Positions 44,593 to 56,178 of a stretch of DNA of 64,000 nt are shown here, in pieces. Origin of the DNA: Klebsormidium nitens (lineage: Eukaryota > Plantae > Klebsormidiophyceae); assembly GCA_000708835.1 (NCBI GenBank), contig DF237372.1, forward strand, positions 1 through 64,000. The letters run 5' to 3'. The translations under genes were made by a program, and so were the position numbers. Position 1 is the stretch's first letter, and each line of letters opens with the position of its first letter. The notes beneath the pieces were generated by a model. The model saw only the letters and a program-made list of their open reading frames with translations. It made no database searches and was not told the DNA's origin.

Positions 44593-47500
44593 GCGGATTG
44601 GGAGCAAGCGGCTCAGCGTTTGTCTAGGTATATAGCAAGTTCTAGAAGGAGCTGCTTCGTTCGCACAACGTGGTGGGCCAGGGTTTGTGGAGTAGGATCG
44701 CACAGCTAGTCAGACATTGCTTTATTAAGCATATGGGCTAGTTAAATGGGCCTCCTCAGATAGGTCCTGGCCGTCCTCTTATGTCTCTGGAGCTGTCGTG
44801 TAAGGAGTGCTCTTTGGAGCTGCCAAGGGGCCTCAAGTTTATCAGCCGCGCAGTGGGTGAGCACCTGCGGCAAACTGCCATAATTGCATGCGTATGTAAC
44901 ATAGGTTGTCTAGTGCTTTCGGCTCTAAAGCATTATCAATTCAGGGTCCATAAGGCGCTCTTACTGTAGCTAGGGACTCATATACTAGCAAACACATGCA
45001 CGACATGTTTGCGTTCTGAATCAAACCTCGAAGGACATAATCAAGTGGGCCGTCGGTGTCCGTCTTGAATTGAGAAGCGTTGGAAATAGTCATTGTAGAA
45101 GCTGTTTTCCATTGTTGCTCGCAGCGGAAGGCCGTCTGCAGACAAACTTCGACTCATACCAATCAATGCACCGTCAGTAGTCAAAGCTAGTTGCTCACTG
45201 TGTACTTTTGATAGAACACTACCGTAGTACACATTGAGAGATTTTGTCATATCATAATTGCAAGTCCGACTAGGCTAAAGAAATTACTTGAACCTTAACA
45301 CTGCACTGCATTTGAAGTGCCATGTTATAAGGCTATTGCACAACTTGAACGTAGTGAGTTTGATCCGGCCACGGCAATCCGATTGCAGTTACATTTACAT
45401 CGAAGTTTCAACTTAGTTTCATGTAGTCCCGATATCATTGCGTTGCGGCCAGGTTGCCGGTATGGCAAACATGATGCTTAATTAGGTTTATAAATTTCAG
45501 CTTGCCAGATGCAAGCATGCAAGAGACATAATTGATGCATAGATTCTTGTGTTCAATCATATGGTCCGATCTAGTACATAAGTGGCCAGCTGCCATCGCA
45601 TAGAACGCCTCTAATGGGCTCCAATGCTCGAGACCCGCTGCACCGCGAGCGATTTATGAACCCAGGCCGGGCTGCGCGCACAGTCGGAGCTATGTTAACC
45701 TAGCTAGCTGGGCCGAATACGAGCTAGAGGCGAAAAGTTGCAGTGGCCCACACTGATCGACGCGCCCGCAAGGATGCGATAAAATCGTCTCGTGGACCGG
45801 GACGCTGGGATTCAACGAGTGAGTCGGAGTATATATCTCACGCGCAAGCGGCATGGTAAGCCGTGACGGGGCACAACGTACTCGCCGCTTTTGACTTGAT
45901 TTAGCTACTGGACATGGCGCGCGCCCAAATGATACGTTGTCCAGAGTGACGGTCTTCCGGCTAGCATACGTAGTAAACAATATAGTATGCCGGCATGCGG
46001 GACCGGATCCAAAGGGCCCACGCAAGTAGACTTTGGCTTCTCTGCGCTTCGGTCCCGAAACCGGTCCGCGTCACCTAGTCATATGTCACAAAAAGCGGAT
46101 CCTTTGAGCTTTTGTTTTCCAGCTGTTCAACGTATGCGTCAATTATAGTATACCGTTGAACATATGCGTCCACTGCACCGTTCCACATGTGCGTCCAAAT
46201 CTTTTCTCTCCGCCCGTCACTATTATAGCAACGTACTTCGTTCCTTAGGGCTCGCCGACGAGATTAGTCAGAAAATAGCATCTGGCTTAACGCAACAACG
46301 GGTATCCTTCTATTCTTGATCACATCAACACACGTGGATCTGATCCCATAAACTACTATCATTCTCTATCGTTCTCGCCCTTCCTTAGCTCCAAGTGGTC
46401 TGAAGCGCGGCCCATACAAGATGTCTCGAAAATCCTTTATCGAATAAGTACCACAACTCATGTGCCATGGGGCCGCGTACAGACCTTTTGCTGGTCACCT
46501 CCATTGATCCGCCATCATTCGAGGCTAACCCGATCGGCATAATTGTCAAGAGAAATAGTAGTAGGCCAAGATAATCACAAGCTCCGACTAAAAGTAAAAA
46601 CCCTGACCCAAGAAATACCTGCTCCGCATCCGTACCCACCCTAACCACCAAATTAATCCTACCCGTCCCAGTGCGCTTACCTTATTACTATCTCGGCTTA
46701 CCATGTTTTTTCTTGAGTTTCACCCGGTCGGCCCGCCAGAGAACACTTCCTACCGCTGGCGTCCATAACCCTGCAAATTTACAAAGGCGCTCAACGACAA
46801 CATCACCCCCGTTTTATGACTTAAAATGGCGTGGCACTTGCTCAAAAAAGCGACGAAACAGGGTCGCACATCGTGGATGAAAGGGGCCCTTTCTGTGGGT
46901 CAGCTACTTGACAGGCCTCCGGAGAGAACGGCTGCTTACGGAGCGGCAATGCAAACCTTTGCCTCTGAGTGGGCTGCAAAGCCAAATCAGAAGCGACTTG
47001 ATTCATGGAGGAGGGTTTGGTTGATTTGGGAGGCGTTGCAAAGCAGAATCAGGTTAAATGCAAAAGCGCCTTGTTCTGAAGGTTGTCATAAAGGCGACCG
47101 TGAGAATCACTTGGCGACCGTCAGAATCACATGGTTTCCTTGTTTCTTGTACAGAAGTTGTACAAGCGTCGAAGGAAAGGGGGACCAGGAAAGTATGTGG
47201 GCTGTCCAGTTCCCAATGAAGCGCCACGAGAGCAGATTCGATTCTTGCCAACCGCGGATGTCGTCTCCTAACTAAAGTGTTGACAGGCCAAATTTCGCAT
47301 CAACCTCTGATTCTTGGGTACGCGACGGGGCAACGGCTCTGTTTCCTTTCCTTCGTGTCCGTGTTCAAGGGACGGCCAGCACAAACGTCATGCTTTATGA
47401 AACTTCGAGCCGCATCAGCATCCGATACTCAGAACTTCAAAAGCACGGCAGCAAGAAGCAGATTCCGGAAAGCCCCTTAAAGGTTTTCTCTTTCTCTAAA

Positions 47501-50436
47501 GTGGACTCGCTTCGTCTTACTTGCTTCAAATGGAAGTCACCGCCTGGAGAACTAGTGTGAGCCGCTTTGCACCGGCCGCCCTTACGCAGGACATGTCTGC
47601 AGCATCCTAGGAAGGTGAGAGGAACAGGAAGGACACGCTTCTGGAACTTCTTTTTGCGCAAACTCAATTTTGGCAAACTCTTCATGATGGCGAAGGCGGA
47701 CACAGACTGCCGCTCGGCGCTCAGGAGTGCAGCAACACATCACAAACTCCCCAACAGATTGGCGCCTAAAAGGCACCACCCATGCCCGTACCAAACTGTT
47801 ATAATGTTATCCGCCCAACAGTCTCCAAAGTGTCACCATGAGAACACCAGATTGGACCTGAAGCATATTTGACGACCAAAAGGCACGTGTCAATTGGGCG
47901 TCACTTAGTCCCTCGAAGCATATTCGGAGCCTTTGTTGTGTCAAACTGTTGTAATCTTTGTTGCTTATCTGGAGCAGATCCAATTGGCGCCTGAAAGGGG
48001 GGCAAGTTGATGCACGTCCTATGTTCTGGGCGTTGCCTGAGATGAATTAGCTACTCAAACAATTGCAGTCTTGAAGTCTTTCAAAGGTTCTGCTAATGTC
48101 GAGCGGCAACACTTTGGGCAGACAAGTTCTCCGTGACCCCCCCAATGAAAACTGGCTCTGGAACAAGGGTCATCGATTTGAAATTGTAGAAGCCGTCTGT
48201 CCAATCACTCCGCGTTATAGTGCAGCTGAGTGATCTTGGACAGGAAAAAGAAGAAGTACTCACCTTGTCCAGAACGCTGAAAAAGAGAGCCACGACAAGG
48301 AAAGGCAGAGTCATTGCCTCGTGCACGCTCTTGCTCGCGCTCCGTGCGCATCGAGCCTATAATTCCTGTGTGTCTTTGCGGCCAACGGCAAGCAGGTGCT
48401 AGGTAGCCGTGTCCAGGTCGGCCTGGTGTAAGTGTGCATCAGATTGATGACGGCATGGGAAAAGACCAGGATGTGCCTGCAAGACAGGATATCAGTGACA
48501 GCTGTGAAGGAGTGGCCAAGATGATGCTGAAAGGTGCCATCATGTTCACAAACGTCCTAGGCCCAAACTCGGACCCCTTAAACACAGGGACAACATGTTG
48601 ATCTCGACGAAGTGTTCGATCCGTCCTGAAAAGGCCTGGGGTTCCGTGTATCGTCAAAGCCCGGAACTTTCGCACCTAATGCATCGCAGACTGGCGCTGC
48701 AACATGTTGACTGTGTAATTAACGGGCCCGAGAAAGTGAATTTCAATGGGCTCTGGACAAGGTCAATTAAGACTTGGGGTAAATAATGAAGAGGACACAG
48801 GACCAGGTTGGACCCATATCGCACAGGTCAGTCAGGGGCCATTCAGCTGAGATCAGCATCTCTTGGAGAGCAGATGACGCATGCCCAGCGTGGCGCGCGC
48901 GCGGTGCAAAATTCTTTTAGCTGACAATGGAGCTTTTCCAACCAGTATTGCAACCTGAGGGCGAGCTCACGGCAACCTAGAAAGGTACAAACCATGTCAC
49001 TAAAGAATGCGTTGCACGGAAGACAAGTGCTTGAGACGTATGCTTCTGATACATAAACCTTATGACATCAAAGCTGCCACCTCAGCCACATTGTGCAGCT
49101 AGTCATCAATCATACTTTTTGTCTGAGCTTTTCTGCTAATAGGTCTGTCAACACCTGCTAATTGGGTGAGAAAGCCCATTCACAGGTCATCTTTAACTAC
49201 ATCAGGGCAGAAACTTGTAGAAGTACAATATTGATGAAATACTGCCAATGGGTTTACCTGTATGCTGCCTGATTCATGCCGAAGCCACTAGCCAGCTGCA
49301 GTAGAATCTCTTCTGCAGTGATTGTCCACAGAGATTTGGAACCACGCTTCAAGTCATGAGCTTGACCTAGCAATCTGAAAGTACCATTTGATCGAGCAGT
49401 ACAATCAAATGGATACTCCTAGTTTGACTAAGTAGTCAAGCTCTCCCCCTTCCAGTGGACGAATGCGGAAGCTGCTTATTCCTTCACGACCAGCCCACTA
49501 GAGCGCCCCATGAGTCTGCCATGCCCCTGCACAATGCCTAGGTAGCTATTCAATGGCTGCCACAGGGGGAAAAGTACCGTCAATCAAGCCAGGGGTTTAT
49601 ACATGCCCTTCTACCAGAGGAAGCTGGTCAGGAACTGGTAACTTGCGTCTGATTAAACCAGGTACCGTATATTGTATGGTTGAGAGCGAAACCTTCTTGT
49701 GCATGCTCTTCAGCTGGACCTTTCGCTGGAAACTAGGTAGTGTGTCACTTTTCGAAGCTTTCGATAATAGTTGGACCTGGCAAATTGCAAAACCAAGCGG
49801 AAACCGTTTTGCGGGTGCATTATTGAGGTCGGACTCCGAGATAGCTGCATGATTGCAAGGCGAGGCTGAAGCCTGATTCTGATTCAGGGGCGCTTCCCCA
49901 CCCAGTGTTGGTAACAGACGCCATTTGGCGAAGACTTGGCATTCCCGTCCAAATATCTGAATTAATTGTCTTCAGAGCCCGAGCGCCGAGTGATGCGCCG
50001 GAGCACTCGTGAGTCGTGAGCGATGGGCTTCGACCGCTCACGGAAACCTCGGTCCGGCTGAATGACTGCGGCCCGAACGTTCATGCTCTGCTGTCCTATC
50101 TTCTTTGGAGCGCCGTGCAAGTTACAACATCACTTCAACTCTTCTGGATAACGTGCCGACATGCCTGATTGGCAGAATCAAACGGGCTGGCACTCGAGTC
50201 TCGGATGCTTGCGAAGTTGCACAGCAGCGCAATGGTCGATGTGCCTGATCGGCGAAAACACAACCCAGCAAGAAAGCAGGGCCCTCATCTCGAGCCTTTG
50301 GACTTCATAGCACTAGGGGGGCTACAACCCATTTCATTGATGAGTATATCGTCATTCTCTCACAATCTGATTTTCACCTTCGGCTAACTTTCCCAGCTCA
50401 GCCTCGAAAGCGGCGCAGTGAAAGCGCAGCTCCAAA

Positions 50437-53400
50437 ATGGCTCCCTTCAACGTCGTCCTCAGCTCTCCGCGCACACGGCTCCTGCTGATTTTGGCCGCCG
50501 CCAGCTGTCTGGTACAGCTGGCAGCTGGGCAGGAGATCGGCCCCTTCGACTGCATAATCTGCGACGACGCCTTACTTGCAGGCCCGTGTAACTTCAACTA
50601 CCTAAAGGGCCCCGCGACATGCAAGGCGCCGGGGAGCTTCTTCTGCGGCAAGTGCCCCCCGACGGATAGCAACGGCAACCCGACGCCCCCTGACAAGGAC
50701 GTGGACTGCGCGTGCAAGATGAAGTGCTTGCCGAGCGTCGATGGAGTCAGCGGCAACTTCTACTGCGAGTGCCCCACAATTACTCCAGGTGAGCTCAGGA
50801 AGCCCTCACATAAGATTGAAAATTCCTGTAACAATATCGGGCTGCCCTCTCGCACCCGAAAGTTTCTTGACAATCATATCTCCATCAAGAGAACTTCCTT
50901 GGAAGTAGGACGGAGCTGCTTCTTGGCATGTCTCAAGCAGAATTCTTAGAGCTGGACTTTTGGGCGTTCAAGCAGAANNNNNNNNNNNNNNNNNNNNNNN
51001 NNNNNNNNNNNNNNNNNNNNNNNNNNNNNNNNNNNNNNNNNNNNNNNNNNNNNNNNNNNNNNNNNNNNNNNNNNNNNNNNNNNNNNNNNNNNNNNNNNNN
51101 NNNNNNNNNNNNNNNNNNNNNNNNNNNNNNNNNNNNNNNNNNNNNNNNNNNNNNNNNNNNNNNNNNNNNNNNNNNNNNNNNNNNNNNNNNNNNNNNNNNN
51201 NNNNNNNNNNNNNNNNNNNNNNNNNNNNNNNNNNNNNNNNNNNNNNNNNNNNNNNNNNNNNNNNNNNNNNNNNNNNNNNNNNNNNNNNNNNNNNNNNNNN
51301 NNNNNNNNNNNNNNNNNNNNNNNNNNNNNNNNNNNNNNNNNNNNNNNNNNNNNNNNNNNNNNNNNNNATTCTTAGAGCTGGACTTTGGGCGTTCAAGCAG
51401 AATTCTTAGAGCTGGACTCTGGGCGGGTTGGACGGGGATTGGACTGCTTGTTTGAAAGCTAGGTACGTCAGTGCCCTCCTTGAGCCTATTCAACCAGCCC
51501 TTTGTCAGGAGCATCACGTCTCAGCAATTCCCAGGGATTTCCTAGCCTAACAATTGTGAGAGGCCCCTGGCGTCTTTATTGACGTCACCCTTTCAGCCTT
51601 CTGTTCAGGGGCTTGGGGCAAGCGTCAATGCAGTGACTCTCTGATAGGAATAGAGATGTGAAGTAAACCAAAGGACAAGGAATCATGGCGAGTTTGACCC
51701 TCTCCCTGCTTGCAGGTGCGATCTGCTCTGACCCTCATTTCAGGGGGGCGTACAACACCGAGTATGACTTCCACGGAGTTCCCAGTAAGCTGTGAAACCT
51801 GAGTCTTTCTTTTTTTACGCTGTTGATCTGGGCTATGATTGAGCAAGCTGTCCAATGGCACTTCCCAGGATCTTGTAAAAGTCTGGAAGTATCCTGATTG
51901 ATGTGCAGTTCGTCAGGTGTGGCAAAATTGCTACTAAGGTCTTGCAGACTGAGAAGTTCCGGCGTGAATGTGAATGTGGATGTGAATGCAAATGTGAATG
52001 TGAATGTGAATGCGAGTGTGAATGTGGACGTGAATGTGAATGCATGAATGGCAAACGGATTCCCCCCCTCAGCTCAGCAAACCCATTTCTCTATCTGTGC
52101 AGACCGCGACTTCACTCTGATCTCCTACCAGGATTTGAATGTGAATGCGCACTTCATCGGGCAGGATGGCAAGGCGACTGGGTTTGATGGCACGTGGATG
52201 TCCGAGATTGGCATTCTCTGGAACGGCGCTGACGGACGCGTCCAAAACCTAACTGCCAGTGTCCACCAGGTTAGTCCTTAACCCCAAAATTAAGTGCGCA
52301 GGCTGTTGATAACTAAGTGTGGCCACTTTGCTGCTGCTCGGACGTCCATCTTCGAAGGAACAGTAAACAGATCGGTCTGACACAGGTCTCAAACGGTTTT
52401 TGAAGCGATTCGTGGAGCTTTGCTCAGTCTGACATTCCCCTCCAAACAATCTTGCTACTCTTAGAAACATTCAGGGGGCGCTTTGACAGAATTCGGAGAA
52501 GGCTGCGTTCTTTCTGTCCCCTGGTTGTGACGTGATTGATTCAGCGGATCTAATTCAGATCGCTTGAAACACAAAAACTTCGCAAAGAAACCAGATGTCC
52601 TAGAGTCTCGGCTAACTGAACAATATCGTCCTTTACAGGGCCACATTCACGGGGAGGAGAACCCTTTCACCTTCACGGTCAACGGCGAACAACTCTCGGG
52701 CGCCTCGTACGAAAGCGCTGACGTCAGCATCGCGCGCGTCCTGGGCGGCAAGGCTTTCGTCATCAGCGTCCCTGGCCACGTCAGCATGCACCTGGCAGCG
52801 GAGGACCACCTGAACCCCGTCGGAAACCACATCGACATGGCGGTTAAAAAGCTGAATGTCACAGGTACGTGCCCTTTTTCAGAGCCCTCCCTGAAGCGCG
52901 ATGAATTTATTTCTCTGGTGCTTCAAGGAAGAGAACGTTGGGTCCGATCACCTGGGCTGTTTATACAGTCTTGGACTGCAGTTAACGCTTCGCTAGAAAC
53001 TCTCAACTGCAAGTCCTATGTGGCTGGACACTACTCGATCGACATAAGCAAGCTCGCTCAAGGCAGCCCACATGACTTTCTAAACACTTTGTGCTCTCTA
53101 AGGGCAACGCAGACAGACGTCCCTTGATCAAGACCCAAAAGATCACTACCAATACTCTGTGCCCACTATCGACGACAGGGAAGCTTTTTTGGCAGTCATT
53201 CTTTCTGCGCTCTTCAATGGACTTCCTGAAGATCCTCAGAAGTTATTTCTTTTCTGTCGAGTCTCGTCTCGTGGTCTCTCCGAGCGGAACCTCGATTGCG
53301 AACTGGGAGTGGCAGGGGTGCGACAAGCCCTTTCTCGTAATTGCCAAAAATAACCCGTTCATCAGACGTCAGCTGGAATCGCCTTCACCTAGCAATGTCT

Positions 53401-54169
53401 GTGAAATCAAGTGACTTTCCATGTCGGTCTTTGCAGCTCAGAGGATGATCTTTGCATTAATTACCCTGCGCTTGAGCAGATCCACCGTAAACCTCGGGCC
53501 GTTAAGCACAGCCTTCGCTTCAACCTGGCCTCCTTCTGCCAAACAAATCACCGCTGAGGGTTTCGTAGCCAAGCTAGCTCACAGGAGATTTTGTCCGCTA
53601 ACCAGGCTAGTTACGAGACTTGAGGCTTCGGTTATTGGACAAGTAACCGGTACTTGACCTTTCTACAGAGCTGGTTACCGCCCGAGTCCGGATATTGGAC
53701 AATCAACCACTTTCAGACCAGCTCATAACCATCCGTGGTTAAGGGCAAAAAGTTCGTGTGTAGGCGAGTTTCCAAGAGCTAACCGACTGCCTCCCCCTCT
53801 GACCCTGCAGGCTTCGTGCACGGCGTCCTTGGCCAGACCTTCGCTGCCGCCCGTGCGGCCGCGCTGCGCGACGCGGCCGCGGCGGTGGGCACTTCCGCGC
53901 GCTTCGACGCGAGCGACATCGTCGAAGGCGGCGACATGGACTACGTGACGTCCGGCTTGCTGTCGCCGGACGCGCACTTCAACCGTTTCCGTACGTCCGC
54001 GCGCGCGGGGCCCGACGCGACCGCCAAGAGCGCGGTGCTGAGCTTTGAGAGCCGCAAGCTGCTTTCTGTGGATTTGGATATTTTGGATAAGGAGGAGTTG
54101 AACGTCGATGTGAGGGCGGAGTTTGGAGAAGAGTCGGGCGGCGTGCGCGTGCTTGTGACACATGACTAG
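50437..54169 (+). CDS. Secreted root-cap/LEA-related family protein (short Cys-rich N-terminus plus DPHF VWD-like domain); exons 50437-50788, 51716-51784, 52103-52269, 52639-52864, 53811-54169
   Basis: Signal peptide ([18 protein letters not shown]|QE) and a Cys-rich segment. The spliced sequence reads [43 protein letters not shown]...[11 protein letters not shown]...[10 protein letters not shown]. All junctions are GT-AG and phase-consistent. Extra exons hidden in the N gap cannot be excluded. Confidence 0.88.
50933..51426. repeat. 34-35 bp minisatellite array spanning an assembly gap (N 50978-51367) in intron 1 of the second root-cap gene
   Basis: The unit tcaagcagaattcttagagctggactt(t)tgggcgt is present on both sides of the 390-N gap. 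Confidence 0.9.
51964..52043 (+). repeat. (TGTGAA)n hexamer microsatellite, about 13 units, intronic
   Basis: gtgaatgtgaatgtggatgtgaatgcaaatgtgaatgtgaatgtgaatgcgagtgtgaatgtggacgtgaatgtgaatgc. Confidence 0.95.
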
Positions 54170-56178
54170 GAAAAAAGGCGGGTCGACCAAACAGAACCGA
54201 ACAGATTCTCAGAACTGAATGAGCAGTTGTGAAAAAGGAGGCCTTGAAAGTGAGGCAAGAGACACGAATAGAAGATTGGTGTGTACTGATTACTAGGAGG
54301 CGGGTCCGAAATGGACACCGATAGCAATTGCATGTGTTGCGTGAGAATCTTAGCTTTGTTTAATTTCAGGAGCTAGTGGATTGAGTTTATAACCGGCAAA
54401 CTTCCAACGGTATCCGAAACAGACCTTTCAATGTAAAGTAGTGTGTTGTGTTTGACATTTAATGAAGTGGAACACGGTAGGTCGGATTCTCATGTAAGAT
54501 TTACAGGCACACTTCGAAGGTACGTCCGATTGAACGTGCCTTAGATAGTGAGCACACGCATCAAGTCTACAGTGTTTACAGATTTCGCTGTAAGCATACA
54601 GACTTGAAAGCATCCGGCCGCAGTGAGTCGCAACTTAGAAGATTGGAGAGGCGTGGTTGACAAGGACACTTATATGTGCAATGCAGTAGGGGAACTGTAT
54701 GAATTTCATGCTTTTCAACCTGCGGTGTGTCCTGGGTGGCTAAGGTGCTTCGGAGGTTCCATCCGTTGGGCCTGTTTCATTAGACACTCTGTAAATGCTA
54801 AGTGTCAAAAAAATGAAGCAAGATCCAGAAGAGACTTCATACTTAGCAAGCAGGCCTGCATGCGCTGCATCTTTTACCCTTGTCTTTGTTAATCTGATGT
54901 GCATGATCAAATGTCGAGAAGAAACAAACCTACACTTGACTTGGCACGTGCGTCTAGAAACAATACAATCGATGGCGCGTATACTTCTATCATTTTGACG
55001 TTGATGATCATTCTACAGAACTTGCCCAATTAAAACATACTTCAGTCGGCACAATGCTTTCGGTCCATGATCAGCTTTGCGGTACGTATCGATCTGGAGG
55101 CGTTGGAGAGACTGCATGGACTGCCTTCTCTTGTTGCATGCGGTCTCGAGCATCTTTGGTCGCGCGCCGTCCCTTATAATTCATTCGGATCAGAACCTTA
55201 AGAGTGCAGTGGATGCACAGGTTGAGGCCTTTCCAACGAAAGACTTCAGCGAATACATTCGCGTTAAGGTACGTGCTTGAGTCCGGCTCAGTCCTGCGGG
55301 TTTGCATATGATCATGTAGCTGTGGCGCGTGAGAATATACTAACAACCTGCCCCAAAGAACTCAGATTCTTTCGAAGCTCAAAAAGTCACGTCAACATCG
55401 TGGCTCTCCAAGTTTTCACTTGGCCTGGCATGACGTGCTCCTCTTTAGTGCTGTGATCGATGTAGAGCCTCAAGGCCCTAGCATGTCCCTTACCGCTTAG
55501 TGTCTTTAATTGCAAGTTGGCATGTATGTGCAAGGAATGATCGAAAGCGAACCTTGCATTTTCGCGGATATCGATGACAAGGATGCAACAATCTGCACAT
55601 GATGCCAGGGTCGGATCGGACACTGACAGTCACCGTCTGAGGCTGTGCCAGGACCAAAACACAAGGAGTCGGAGTACACCAAGTGACTAAATCCTTGCCA
55701 GAGCTTGAAAGACTGTTAATGCGCGCCGAGACCGTGACCTGCTACCGCAACGAATTGTTCCGAAGTCCTTCATATGTTACACTACTGTACACATAGTTTC
55801 CTAAGACTGTGTACAAATCGTGGCGCACCTCACGCCTCATCAATGAATTGCGACCAGACTCGTAATGAAGCGGTCTCAACACCCCTATCGCCCTGCAACT
55901 TCAACATCAAAAAATGTGGCTTGCAAAGGCGCCAAGAGTTTTCCTAATCTCCTCATATTGGACGATGCCATCTTGGGAGTCGACAAAGAACGATCTGCCC
56001 CAAACCGAAGCCATCGGCTCACAACAATCGAGTAACTTGAAGCCGACTCGTCAGGAGTCTTTACTTGATGACATGCTGATGCCCACGGTCTTGCGGCGCT
56101 ATAGACGCCCGTCTTCAAGCAGCCAAGAAGCCAAACACGAAGTCGGAGAGGGACGTCCCCAGCACCCCTTTGACAGAA

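Noticed and set aside
46385-50041. Scattered protein-like ORFs (46385-46651, 46826-47275, 48093-48326, 49553-49852)
   Set aside because: Short, not joinable by convincing splice sites, and no domain recognised.
51903-52187. ORF with [14 protein letters not shown] suggesting a metallothionein-like protein
   Set aside because: It is the translation of the intronic (TGTGAA)n microsatellite; the real exon starts at 52103 in another frame.
55077-55280. IIHSDQ resembling a retroviral-type integrase motif
   Set aside because: The expected G and the rest of the DDE core are absent, and there are no LTRs or neighbouring RT/RNase H.
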